Assembly (NCBI RefSeq): GCF_963921235.1
Contig: NC_086097.1
Span: forward strand, 251,412,001 to 251,476,000
Direction of reading: 5' to 3'
DNA from: Mobula hypostoma
Lineage: Eukaryota
DNA: 64,000 nucleotides
Positions within the stretch are counted from its first letter, which is position 1; every line of letters begins with the position of its first letter. This document shows, piece after piece, positions 12,404 through 25,359 of this stretch. Below the pieces are notes generated by a model. It made no database searches and was not told the origin of the DNA. It worked only from the letters and a program-made list of their open reading frames with translations. Position numbers and translations under genes: made by a program.

Positions 12404-12480
12404 AAACTCTCTCCCATCCAGTGCTTTTACAGTATGGGAGCCCAGACAATATGTGGAAAGTTAAAATCACCTACTATAAA

Positions 12481-13738
12481 AAACTGAGAAAATCTGCAGA
12501 TGCTGGAAATCCAAGCAACACACACAAAATGCTGGAGGAACTCAGCAGGCCAGGCAGCATCTATGGAAAAGAGTAGTCAATGTTTTGGGCTGAGACCTTT
12601 CATCAGGGCTGTGAAAAATAAAGCTGAGGAGTAGATTTAAAAGGTGGGGGATGAGGAACGAGGAACACAAGGTGATAGGTGAAACCGGGAGGGGAGGGAT
12701 GAAGTAAAGAGCTGGGAAGTTGGTTGGTGTGAGAGGTACAGGACTGGAGAAAGGGAAAAAAGGGGTGAGGAGCACCAGAGGGAGATAATGGGCAGGTAAG
12801 GAGATAAGGTGAGTGTGGGAAAAGAGGATGGAGAATGGTGAAGGTGGGGGAGGAACAGAGCTACCAGAGGTTCGAGAAATCGATGTTCACGCCATCAGGT
12901 TGGAATATGTAAGGTGTTGTTCCTCCAACCTGAGTGTGGCCTCATTGCGACAGTAGAGGAGGCCGTGGATAGAAATATTGGAATGGGAAGTGGAATTAAA
13001 GTGGGTGGCCACTAGGAGATCTCGCTTCTTTTGGTGGACCGAGTGTAGGTGCTCGGTGAAGTGGTCTCCCAATCTACGTTGGGTCTCACCGATATACAGG
13101 AGGCCACACCGGGAGCACTGGACATGGTATATGACACCAACAGACTGACAGGTGAAGTTCTACGTGGATCGGGAAATGTTCTGTCCACCAGAAGATACGG
13201 GATCTCCTGGTGGCTGCCCATTTTAATTCCACTTCCCATTCCCATTCTGATATTTCTATCCACAGCCTCCTCCACTGTCCCAATGAGACCACACTCAGGT
13301 TGAAGGAACAACACCTTATATATTCCAACCTGATGGCATGAACATTGATTTCTTGACTTCCAGTAATGCCCTCCTTGTTCTTCACCATTCCCCATTCCCA
13401 TTCCTCTCTCTCATCTTATCACCTTCCCTGCCCATCACCTCCCTCTGGTGCTCCTCCCCCCTGTTCTTTCTTCCACGGCCTTCAGTCCTCTCCTGTTAGA
13501 TTCTCCCTTCTCCAGCCCTGTATCTCTTTCACCAATCAACCTCCCAGCTCTTTACTTCACCCTCCCCTCCCGGTTTCACTTATCACCTTGCGTTTCTCTC
13601 TCCCCTCCCCTCACCTTGTAAATCTACTCCTCAGATTTTTTTCTTCAGTCCTGCTGAAGGGTCTCGGCCTGAAACATTGGCCGTCCTCTTTTCTATGGTA
13701 CCAGCCTTGCTGAGTTCCTCCAGCATTGTGTGTGTGTT
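12481..13738. mobile_element. Inverted pair of Penelope-like 3' fragments (minus 12481-13160, plus 13170-13738)
   Basis: GIY-YIG C-terminal peptides (VATHFNSTSHS..RLEEQHL) and pLTR in both orientations; flanking repeat tactataaaaa(a)ct near 12472 and 13738. Confidence 0.8.
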
Positions 13739-15431
13739 ACTATAAAAACTTCATGTTTCTTGCAACCGTCTGTGATCTCTCTACAAATTTACTCCTCTAA
13801 ATCCCATGGACTACTGGGTGCTGTATAATATATTTCCATTAATGTGGTCATACTTTTCTTATTCCTCAATTCTACCCGTAACACCTGACTAGACGAGTTC
13901 TCCAGACTGTCCTTACTGAGCACTGCTGTGATATTTCCCCTGCCCGACAAGTAGTGGCATGACATCTAAATCAATGTTTCAGAACTCTGGTTACTACGCC
14001 AGTAACGAAACCGCTTCACAAGTACTTATTCATCTGGGACCATGTTTTCAGGAGAATATAGTCAGCCTTTGCTTTGTACCTTTATTGCTTCAGTATTAAT
14101 TATTTATAAGGACGCAAGGCCAATTAAGCTACTCTGGGAAACACATAACATAATTCTTTTTCTTCATTCTGCATTTCTTCATTATGGGAACCCCATTACA
14201 CAGCTCCTTTCCTGCATTTAATTGAGATGGAAATTTCAAATCTAGAAAACGTTTGCTATTAAATGAAGAGATTCAGGCAGACCCCTAACCAATTAAAGGT
14301 TATGAAACATTGACTGGTATTTTAAGGCAGAACATCAAGGCTCCCACTGATTACAGAATCAGAATCAGGTTTAACATCACCGGCCTATGTCATGAAATCT
14401 GTTGTAATGTGGCAGCAGTATATAATAATAAAAACTGTAAACTCCAGGTATATATATTTTTTTTAAGTTAAATAAGTGGTGCTAAAAGAAAAAGTGGTGA
14501 GATAGTGTTCATGGATTCGATGTCCGTTCAGAAATCTGATGGAGGAGGGGAAAAAGCTATTTCTGAAATGTGGAGTGTGTGCCTCCAGGCTCCTGTACCT
14601 CCTGGTAGCAATGAGAAGAGGGCACGTCCTGGGTGATGGGGGTCCTTAATGATGGATGCCGCCTTTTTGAGGCATTGTTCCTTCAGACATTCTGGATGCT
14701 GGGGAAGCTGACTGAGTTCACAACTTTCTGCAGCTTATTTCAATCCTGTGCAGTGGCTCTCTCGCCCATAACAAATGGTGACACAGCCAGTGAGAACGCT
14801 CTCCACAGTATGTCTGTAGCAATTTGCGAGCGTCTTTGGTGACATACTCAAACTCCTAATGAAATACAGCCACTTTGGTGCCTTCTTTGTAACTGCGTCA
14901 GGATAGATCCTCAGAGTTGGTGACACCCAGGAACTTGAAATTGCTTAGTCTCTCCATTTCTGATTCCTCAATGACTGGTGTGTATTCCTTCTTCTTATGT
15001 TTTTTTGGGTGACAGTTCTTGGTTGTATAATACTGTTGTATAATGGATCTAAACAGGTGGGAGAGAAGATTGCTACAAGGGGTTAGAACATAGAACCATG
15101 GAACATTACAGCACAGAAACAGGCCTTTTGGCCCTTCTTGGCTGTGCCAAACCATTTTTCTGCCTAGTCCCACTGACCTGTACCTGGACCATATCCCTGT
15201 TCTTTAGTCCTGAGCAGGATCTACAGTTCACTATAAGACCATAAAACATGGGTGCAGAATTAGGCCATTTGGCCCATCGAGCCTGCTCTACCATTCCGTC
15301 ATGGCTGATTGTTATCCATCTCAACCCCGTTCTCCTGCCTTCTCCCCGGAACCTTTGATGTCCTGACTAATCACAAAACTATTAACCTTTAAATGAACCC
15401 CACTGTGAGGAGAGGAGGGCTGGAAAATCTT

Positions 15432-15582
15432 GGTCAGCATGGTAGTGTAGTGGTTAGCAGAGTGCTGATACAGCACCAGTGACCCAGACACAATTCTTCC
15501 GATGTCTGTAAGGTGTTTGCATGTTCTCCCATCTAAACACAATGGGTGAACAGGTTAATTGGTCACCAGGGTGTAATTGGAC
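15432..15582 (+). mobile_element. V-SINE (HE1-like) fragment
   Basis: tRNA-like head ggtagtgtagtggttagc and V-domain gtctgtaaggtgtttgcatgttctcccc. Confidence 0.6.
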
Positions 15583-16304
15583 TTCCCACAGCTACAAAAC
15601 GAATGGAAAGAATGGGTCCTGATGATGTGTCTTGGTCTGAAACATTGGCTCTTTATTCCCCTCCGTAGATGCTGCCTGACCTGCTGAATTTCTCAAGCGT
15701 TTTGTGCGTGCTGCTTTGGGTTTCCTGCATCTGCAGTATCTCCTGTGGAGTGGAAAGAAGCAACACGTATTCTAGATGGATGTCAGTAACTTCACCGCAT
15801 CGCTGGAGCGGTAGAACCTGTTACCAAACTGTATCTCTAAATAAACAAATACAAACTGATGTGTCGAATTCTTCTTCGTCTTAAGGCCATCGCCCCTAAT
15901 GGGGCACAGCAGCAGCTCACCAGAGTCTTCTGTCCTGGACTCATCTTTTAACTTGTCCCCAGGTGTATTCTTGGTGCGTCCTTCTTCTCCTGGGGATGAG
16001 GTAGCTCTGCTGGCATTTCTGTAGCTCTGGATTTTTACGGGACAGGGTTGTCCAACCTTCCTCCTTTCACAGACGGGCTTGGGGGCATCCATGGTGGAGT
16101 TGCCGTGTTCAGTAAAGACCTTTTCTATTTCCAATTTCCATGTGTCTCCGTTAGAGCCACAACAAGCCCACCATGTGAGTGCCAACCATCGAGCACCCAT
16201 CTATATTAATCCCACTCACCTGAATTTGGTCCACAATTTGGCAATTCGACTGCTCATCCAGATCATCTTACTGTGTTGTGAGAGTACCTGCTTCCATCAT
16301 CAGT

Positions 16305-17200
16305 TTAGTCATAGTCATAGTCATACTTTATTGACCCCAGGGGAAATTGGTTTTCGTTACAGTTGCACCATAAATAATAAATAGTAATACAACCATAAAT
16401 AGTTAAATAGTAACATGTAAATTATGCCAGTAAATTATGAAATAAACCCAGGACCAGCCTATTGGCTCAGGGTGTCTGACCCTCCAGGGGACGAGTTGTA
16501 AAGTTTGATGGCCACAGGCAGGAATGACTTCCTATGACGCTCTGTGTTGCATCTCAGTGGAATGAGTCTCTGGCTGAATGTACTCCTGTGCCCAACCAGT
16601 ACGTTATGTAGTGGATGGGAGACATTGTCCAAGATGGCATGCAACTTGGACAGCATCCTCTTTTCAGACACCACCGTCAGAGAGTCCAGTTCCATCCCCA
16701 CAACATCACTGGCCTTACGAATGAGTTTGTTGATTCTGTTGGTGTCTGCTACCCTCAGCCTGCTGCCCCAGCACACAACAGCAAACATGATCACACTGGC
16801 CACCACAGACTCGTAGAACATCCTCAGCATCATCCGGCAGATGTTAAAGGACCTCAGTCTCCTCAGGAAATAGAGACGGCTCTGACCCTTCTTGTAGACA
16901 GCCTCAGTGTTCTTTGACCAGTCCAGTTTATTGTCAATTTGTATCCCCAGGTATTTGTAATCCTCCACCATGTCCACATTGACCCCCTGGATGGAAACAA
17001 GGGTCACCGGTACCTTAGCTCTCCTCAGGTCTACCACCAGCTCCTTAGTCTTTTTCACATTAAGCTGCAGATAATTCTGCTCACACCATGTGACAAAGTT
17101 TCCTACCATAGCCCTGTACTCAGCCTCATCTCCCTTGCTGATGCATCCAACTATGGCAGAGTCATCCGAAAACTTCTGAAGATGACAAGACTTCTTCAGT
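16305..17200 (-). mobile_element. Young Rex1/Babar LINE 3' end, open RT C-terminal frame
   Basis: ORF 16459-17211 KFSDDSAIVG..WCEQNYLQLNVKKTKELVVD..SRLYFLRRLRSF; (ctatga)n tail. Confidence 0.9.
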
Positions 17201-17317
17201 CTTGATGACAAGATGACAAGAATGGATTAGATAATCCATTCCAGATTACAACCACCCTCTGGCTGTAAGAGGTTCTCCACAGGGTCCCTTTAACTCTTTT
17301 GCTCCTCACTTAACCTG

Positions 17318-17462
17318 TGGGCAGCACAGCACAGTAGCGTAGTGGTTAGTGTAACGCTATCACAGCGCCAGTGACCCGGTTTCAATTCCCACCACGATCT
17401 ATAAGGAGTTTTGTACGTTCTTCTCATGGCCTCCATGTGCTTCAGTTTCCTCTCATGTTCCT
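17318..17462 (+). mobile_element. V-SINE (HE1-like) fragment
   Basis: gtagcgtagtggttag..ggtttcaattccc..ggagttttgtacgttcttctc. Confidence 0.65.
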
Positions 17463-19673
17463 TCTTGAAACATGAGGAAATTGTGGTAAATGGTTTGTAT
17501 GTTTGCAAAATATAATTTCCTTAAAATCCTTTTCAGCCTCTGTTAGCACTAGAGCCCAATAACAAAGCAAGAACACCTAACCACCAACTTTATAAGGCAT
17601 TGATCAGATCACATTTGGAACACTGTGAGCAATTTTGGGCCCCGTATCTAAGAAAGGACGTGTCGCCATTCCGACACACGTAGTTGGTAAGTTATGGGCC
17701 TGCCATGTGACACTTGCAGGCTGCCTCCAGCACATCCTTGTACCGTGTTGGCCATTGACACAAATGAGGCATTTCAATGTACTGTACACTTGGCAAATAA
17801 AGATCATCCTTATACCTTTAAAGTTATGCCTTCTGACTTGCTTCTCCTTGTTCGGTAACAACTTGAGCAGAAACTAGATTGCCAAACATCACTTCTCAGT
17901 GTCTGATCATTGGTGGCTGCGATGTATTTCACATCAGCGGTCTTCAGGTGTGATAAACACAAGGGATTCTGCAAGTGCTGGAAATCCGGAATAATACACA
18001 CACAATGCTGGCGGAACTCAGCAGGTCAGGTAGCATCTACAGAGAGGAATGAACAGTCAATATTTTCAGCAAAGACCCTTCATCAGTTTCTCCAGCATTT
18101 TGTGTGTCTTGCTGCAGGTTTTCACCACTGGCAGAATCTTGTGTTTATGCCTATGACTTATGTTTATTCTTCAAATGCGATAATATGATTTGGGTTGTCA
18201 ATCTGACCCTCCTCCCAAAGGTTACGTGCCATTGACATTTTTCCTGTCTTAAAAGTTAAAGTTCAAAGTTCAGAACAAATGTATTATCAAAGCATGTATA
18301 TGTCACCATATACTACCCCAAGATTCATTTTCTTGCGGGCATTCACAGGAGATACAAAGAAACACGATAGACTCAATGAAAAACCGCACACGATAGGCAG
18401 ACAAACAACCAATGTACAGAAGATAATGAACTGTACAAATACAATAAAAAGAAATTATAATAGTAATTGAATGGACTTTATTGCTTACATTCTTCGTATA
18501 CATAAGGAGTAAAAATCTTTATATTACGTCTCCATCGAAATGTGCAATGTGCAATTTATAGTGATATATAATAAATTGTATGTACAACAGGACAGTCAAT
18601 ATAACATTGAAATACAGTTGTGTCAGCATGAATTAATCAGTCTGATGGCCTGGTGGAAGAAGCTGTCCCGGAGCCTGTTGGTCCTGGCTTTTATGCTGTG
18701 GTACCACTTCCCAGATGGTAGCAGCTGGAACAGTTTGTCGTTGGGGTGACCCTGATTTAGGAGCCTTACAGTTGAGGGTTAATAACTGTTCCTGAACCTG
18801 GTGGATATCTAATATGGAACCCAACTATCTCTGCTTTAGAAAAGAAGGTAACTCAACAAAGATCAGGGATTCAATTCTAAATCATTTTGATCTGTTCCTT
18901 GAAGTAGTTAACTTACCTGCTAAGTTTTCAAACAGATCAAAGTAACAGATTCACTGTCGGCTTGCTATATATGAGAGTGGAAAAGGAACAGATGTTCAGT
19001 TTTGTCCGCCTGTATCTGACCGGTCCCCTTCTCTTCTCACTACAACCATCGGGTGGGAGGTGCAGGAGCCCGAGCCCCACAGTGCCAGGTTCAGGAGCGG
19101 TTGCTGCCCTGAGCCACCAGGCTCCCGGATGGGCCTCGCTCGCCTCAGGCCTCAGGCCTGACAATCGTGGACTCACTTTCAGGGACTCAGCAGTTCATGT
19201 TCCATGTGTTTTTGTTTACTTAAATAGCAATAAATGACCAGAGCAGAAGATAATGAGATAAAGAGTCCTGAAAAGTGTTGGTTGGTTGTGAAAACATTTC
19301 AGTGATGAGGCAAGTGAGTACAGTTATCACCCTTTTATTCAAGAGCCATTGGTTGAGGGCTGGCAACTCTTCTTGAAGCTGGTGGTGTGAGTCCTGAGGC
19401 TCTTGTACCTTCTACCTGATGGCAGCAGCGAGAAGAGAGCACGGCCTGGGTGGTGAGGATCTTGATGACGGATGCTGCTTTTCTGTGACAGCACTCCATG
19501 TAGATACTCACTGGAGAGGGCTTAACTCACGATGGACTGGGCCACTACTTTTTGTAGGATTTTCATTCAAGAGCATCAGTGTTTCCATACAGCCAGTTGA
19601 TATACACTCCACTATAAATCTACGGAGGTTTATCAAAGTTTTAGCTGTCATGCCAAACCCCTGCAGATCTTTA

Positions 19674-21365
19674 ACATAGAAACATAGAAAATAGGTGCAG
19701 GAGTAGGCCATTCGGCCCTTCGAGCCTGCACCGCCATTTATTATGATCATGGCTGATCATCCAACTCAGAACCCCACCCCAGTCTTCCTTCCATACCCCC
19801 TGACCCCCGTAGCCACAAGGGCCATATCTAACTCCCTCTTAAATATAGCCAATGAACTGGCCTCAACAGTTTCCTGTGGCAGAGAATTCCACACATTCAC
19901 CACTCTCTGTGTGAAGAAGTTTTTCCTCATCTCGGTCCTAAAAGGCTTCCCCTTTATCCTCAAACTGTGACCCCTCGTTCTGGACTTCCCCAACATCGGG
20001 AACAATCTTCCTGCATCTAGCCTGTCCAATCCCTTTAGGATTTTATACGTTTCAATCAGATCCCCCCTCAATCTTCTAAATTCCAACGAGTACAAGCCCA
20101 GTTCATCCAGTCTTTCTTCATATGAAAGTCCTGCCATCCCAGGAATCAATCTGGTGAACCTTCTTTGTACTCCCTCTATGGCAAGGATGTCTTTCCTCAG
20201 ATTAGGGGACCAAAACTGCACACAATACTCCAGGTGTGGTCTCACCAAGGCCTTGTACAACTGCAGTAGTACCTCCCTGCTCCTGTACTCGAATCCTCTC
20301 GCTATAAATGCCAGCATACCATTCGTCTTTTTCACCGCCTGCTGTACCTGCATGCCCACTTTCAATGACTGGTGTATAATGACACCCCAGGTCTCGTTGC
20401 ACCTCCCCTTTTCCTAATCGGCCACCATTCAGATAATAATCTGTTTTCCTATTTTTGCCACCAAAGTGGATAACTTCACATTTATCCACATTAAATTGCA
20501 TCTGCCATGAATTTGCCCACTCACCCAACCTATCCAAGTCACCCTGCATCCTCTTAGCATCCTCCTCACAGCTAACACTGCCACCCAGCTTTGTGTCATC
20601 CGCAAACTTGGAGATGCTGCATTCAATTCCCTCATCCAAGTCATTAATATATATTGTAAACAACTGGGGTCCCAGCACTGAGCCTTGCAGTACCCCACTA
20701 GTCACTGCCTGCCATTCTGAAAAGGTCCCGTTTATTCCCACTCTTTGCTTCCTGTTTGCTAACCAATTCTCCACCCACACCAATACCTTACCCCCAATAC
20801 CGTGTGCTTTAAGTTTGGACACTAATCTCCTGTGTGGGACCTTGTCAAAAGCCTTTTGAAAATCCAAATATACCACATCCACTGGTTCTCCCCTATCCAC
20901 TCTACTAGTTACATCCTCAAAAAATTCTATGAGATTCGTCAGACATGATTTTCCTTTCACAAATCCATGCTGACTTTGTCCGATCATTTCACCGCTTTCC
21001 AAATGTGCTGTTATCACATCCTTGATAACTGACTCCAGCAGTTTCCCCACCACTGACGTTAGGCTAACCGGTCTATAATTCCCCGGTTTCTCTCTCCCTC
21101 CTTTTTTGAAAAGTGGGGTTACATTAGCCACCCTCCAATCCTCAGGAACTAGTCCAGAATCTAACGAGTTCTGAAAAATTATCACTAATGCATCCACTAT
21201 TTCTTGGGCTACTTCCTTAAGCACTCTAGGATGTAGACCATCTGGCCCTGGGGATTTATCTGCCTTCAATCCCTTCAATTTACCTAACACCACTTCCCTA
21301 CTAACATGTATTTCGCTCAGTTCCTCCATCTCACTGGACCCTCTGTCCCTTACTATTCTGGAAGA
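19674..21365 (-). mobile_element. Young CR1, 1.7-kb RT region with one frameshift, inserted in a Rex1/Babar fragment
   Basis: ORFs 20202-21329 and 19766-20365 with KSPGPDGLHPRVLKE, NYRPVSLTS, KFADDTKL. Confidence 0.95.
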
Positions 21366-22419
21366 TTAAGGAAGTAAAGGTGCTGCCGTGCTTTCTTCTC
21401 AATTGCACTTGCATGCTGGGGCCAGACAGGTTATCTGAAATAGTAACACTAAGGAATTTAAAGTTGCTAAGCTTCTCCAAAATGGATCCTCCAATCATCA
21501 CTGGCTTATGGACCATTGGCTTCCCTCTCCGGAAGTCTATAATCAGTTCCTTGGTCTTGCTGACATTGAGTGAGAGGTTCTTATTACAATACCACTCAGC
21601 CAAATTTTCAATCTCCTTCCTGTATGCTGATTCATCACCACCCTTTGATTCGGCTCACAATAGTGGTGTCATCAGCAAACTTTTATATAGTGTTGGAACT
21701 GAGCTTAGCCATAGAATCATAGGTGTAAAGTGAGTAGAGCAGTTAATTCTCCAGTAATTATGGTACAGTGGCTTCTTTTTCTAGAAACTTCTTAGTTTTC
21801 AGTAGCAAGTGTCACACTATGTGAAGCTGGCTATAGTATAGGTTAATTATTACCACTGGAATTTGTGTTATCTCTTGTCTGAGTAGGGGAATACCACATT
21901 CTTGTCTTCCGAAGATCCTCTGGATCACAGAGTCATCAAGATCCAACACCATGCTGTATCTTTAAATAAAATAACAAGAACATTCAAAAAGACGTTGGCT
22001 TCACTGACACACAGCTTTCTTCCAAATAACAATGGAAGATTTGTAAATTGTGACACCAGAGAGAAAAAAAACCCAAAGGTTTTACCTATTTCTGATGAAG
22101 ACAGAATTGATGATTACATAATACATGTGGTTAACGTGGTGTCTTCTTAGAAAAATAACACTCCAGTCTTCAGTTTGGCCGGATATGTGTGTGTGTGAGT
22201 ATTTCCTTGAAAAATGATCAGGACTAGCAGATCTTTCAGTGATACTTGATGTGTCTAATATAATCACAAAACATTTGGAAAGAACATTACTAATGCTATA
22301 CTGATATAGTTGCTTCAAACAATGACACATATACTTGGTGTGGTTTTGACTCTATGAGATTACCAGCAGTACAGCACTGGGACATACTTCTGAAGGAAAT
22401 GTAATGAGGGCAGTATTGT

Positions 22420-22832
22420 ACTTACTTACTCACTGCCTGATATGCTGCTGCAATGAAGATCCTCCATCGCTGGTGATGTTTTGGGCTTCCTTCTTTGTGT
22501 CAGTAGCTTCCTCTCAGTTTTCACAATTGTCAGTCATGCAAGCCCTCGGTGGAGCGTCAGGAGTACCATCGCACTCAGATGTAGAAGGATTCTTCATTAC
22601 TGTTTCTGTAACAGTTTTGTTTGACCAGTCGGGGTGCTAGCCCTGAGCTGAAACCCTGAACCTGGAGGACTGGTGGACCACTTTTAGTCTGTCCTCTACT
22701 TTTTGACCAACCTGGTATGGGTGACCTTACTAACAGCCAAAGCACAAAGCCCTAACTCCAGCCAAGACTGCTCACCGGGTCATTTTGGCACACAAGCCGC
22801 CAAACCACGACGAGGTTGTAGTCCTCTTGGAG
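22420..22832 (-). mobile_element. RTE-derived bipartite non-autonomous element
   Basis: (TAAG)n tail; 14-bp TSD with one mismatch gagg(g/a)cagtattgt at 22406-22419 and 22833-22846; second copy at 54003-54399. Confidence 0.7.
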
Positions 22833-24054
22833 GAGGACAGTATTGTTGTGTAGTTTTAAGTTTGGAGATGTTGCATTGAGACACAGAATTATTATTCTTC
22901 TTGCAGTTTAACTTTCCTGTGTTTTGTTGCATTTTTCATATAATCACCTATTGCTCAGTGAATATTCCAGTATTTGCGACATTTTTCTGGAAACTTCTAA
23001 GTTTTCAGTAGCAGGTATTACGCCACATGAACCTGGCTATTTTCTAAAGTTAGTTGTTATCAATGGAATTTTGTTATCTCCAGTCTGTGTATGAGATGAC
23101 ATCATTACTTTTTAATCTGGTCTTTCTATTCTCTCAACACTGGACCATGACAACTTTTTAGTCTGGTCTCTTATGCTTTCTTGACACTTGTTCTTTGCTC
23201 TTGTAACATTTAACAAAATGATCATAAGCAACAAGTTTTAGACCTCATTCCTGACTTCCAAAGAACCTGTGGATCACAAAAGAATCAGGATCCAACAGGG
23301 GTTAGAAATTCTGGTCTGACAGCGTAACACCAGAGGTTTTATCTCTTAATCAGTCTTTACTGAGATCATGCAACATACAGTATGTTTATGAGATCAAAGA
23401 AAGAAAGCTTAGCTTGATCAAGAGAATCAGTGGTGAAGTAAATTTGTAGTCGAAGATTCAAAGTACAGTTATTATCAAAGTATGAATGCAGTATCCAACC
23501 CCGAGCTTCATCTTCCCAGACAGGCACAAAACAAAGAAAGAAAACCATACAAAGAAAAACATCAAACCAGATACTCAAAAAATAACATATTGCGCAAAAG
23601 GCAAAAAAAACAAGCAAAAACTACAAAATATAAAACACCAAAGGAGAAATCATTGATTCCTCAGAACTTCAGGTGGTAGAGCTAGTCTGCCCTAATCAAA
23701 ATTGCACAAGATAGCAATGAGAAAAAGGAGCAACCGGAAGCTAGAAACACATCATAACGTGAGCTACAGAGTTCAATCCACAAATCACATCAATTAAACC
23801 TTGCCCAAGTCCCAGAACTCCACAACCATCCTCCGACAGTATCGAGCGAGTGTGAGGGAGAGAGACCATTCAATGCAGGACAGTAAATACTTTTGAGGAC
23901 TCTACAACTTATGTTCTTGATATTAATTGCTTATTTATTATTATTATCATTTTGTTTTTCCCCCCATTTTGTATTTGCACAGTTCATTGTCTTTTGCACA
24001 TCAGTTATTTGTCCATCGTTGAGTGTGTGTGTGGTTTTTCACTAATTCTATTGT

Positions 24055-24850
24055 ATTGGGCTGAGAAGTGGCAGGTGGAGTTCAACCCGGAGAAGTGTGA
24101 GGTGGTACACTTTGGAAGGACAAACTCCAAGGCAGAGTACAAAGTAAATGGCAGGATACTTGGTAGTGTGGAGGAGCAGAGGGATCTGGGGGTACATGTC
24201 CACAGATCCCTGAAAGTTGCCTCACAGGTGGATAGGGTAGTTAAGAAAGCTTATGGGGTGTTAGCTTTCATAAGTTGAGGGATAGAGTTTAAGAGTCGCG
24301 ATGTAATGATGCAGCTCTATAAAACTCTGGTTAGGCCACACTTGGAGTACTGTGTCCAGTTCTGGTAACCTCACTATAGGAAGGATGTGGAAGCATTGGA
24401 AAGGGTACAGAGGAGATTTACCAGAATGCTGCCTGGTTTAGAAAGTATGCATTATGATCAGAGATTAAGGGAGCTAGGGCTTTACTCTTTGGAGAGAAGG
24501 AGGATGAAAGGAGACATGATAGAGGTGAACAAGATAATAAGAGGAATAGATAGAGTGGATAGCCAGCGCCTCTTCCCCAGGGCACAACTGTTCAATACAA
24601 GAGGACATGGCTTTAAGGTAAGGGGTGGGAAGTTCAAGGGAGATATTAGAGGAAGGTTTTTTTACTCAGAGAGTGGTTGGTGTGTGGAATGCACTGCCTG
24701 AGTCAGTGGTGGAGGCAGATACACTAGTGAACTTTAAGAGACTACTAGACAGGTATATGGAGGAATTTAAGGTGGGGGCTTATATGGGAGGCGGGGTTTG
24801 AGGGTCGACACAACATTGTGGGCCGAAGGGCCTGTACTGTGCTGTACAAC
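24055..24850 (+). mobile_element. CR1 3' end
   Basis: WAEKWQVEFNPEKCEVVHFG..TRGHGFK peptides. Confidence 0.9.
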
Positions 24851-24969
24851 TCTATTTCCTTGTACTTACTGAGAATGCCTGCAAGAAAATGAATCTCAGG
24901 GTTGTATATGGTGACATGTATATACTTTGATAATAAAACTTACTTTGAACCTTGAACATAGAATGTGCA

Positions 24970-25042
24970 GGGGAATTCACTCAACTGGTAGAGCCCTTGC
25001 TTAGCATGCAAGAGGTAGCTGGATCAGTATCTGCAGTCACCA
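24970..25042 (+). pseudogene. tRNA-Ala(AGC) pseudogene
   Basis: 73 nt GGGGAATT..CTCAACTGGTAGAGC..CTTGC TTAGCAT GCAAG..CCA resembles vertebrate tRNA-Ala-AGC; anticodon arm intact, but acceptor, D and T stems have mismatches and the B-box is degraded. Confidence 0.8.
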
Positions 25043-25359
25043 TTCCTCTTTTAGATATTAGGGACATTTAAGAAACCCTTAGATAGGCAGATGGATGATA
25101 AAAAGATGAAGAGTTATGTAGGAGGGAAGGGTTTGATTGATCTTAGAGTAGGTTACAAGGTCTGCACAATATCACTGGGTTAGCAGCACTGTACTGTCCT
25201 ATGTTCTACAATGGTTCAAAATGGAGAAGGAGATTTTCTGCTGAAGTGATCTGTGTTTGAAATATTGGGAATGGGAACCATTCTTGTTTCTGGATGAGAA
25301 TCCATACCAGACTCATGGAATTATACTAATTTAGGAATGGAATGGAGTAAGATTTGGGA

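Larger units (their letters stand above)
9875..13960 (-). mobile_element. Old CR1 (endonuclease/linker region) fragmented by three later insertions
   Basis: CR1 peptide REPWLSRDIEALVKK..KENPK at 10170-10523; host sequence resumes at 11310, 12404 and 13750. Confidence 0.7.

Noticed and set aside
17318..17400. tRNA-like sequence
   Set aside because: Continues into a V-SINE body; it is a SINE head, not a tRNA gene.
22780..22832. HDV-like ribozyme call in the RTE 5' end
   Set aside because: An L3-like ACCUCGU loop is present, but P2 and a G1-led P1 could not be assigned; kept only as a hairpin observation.
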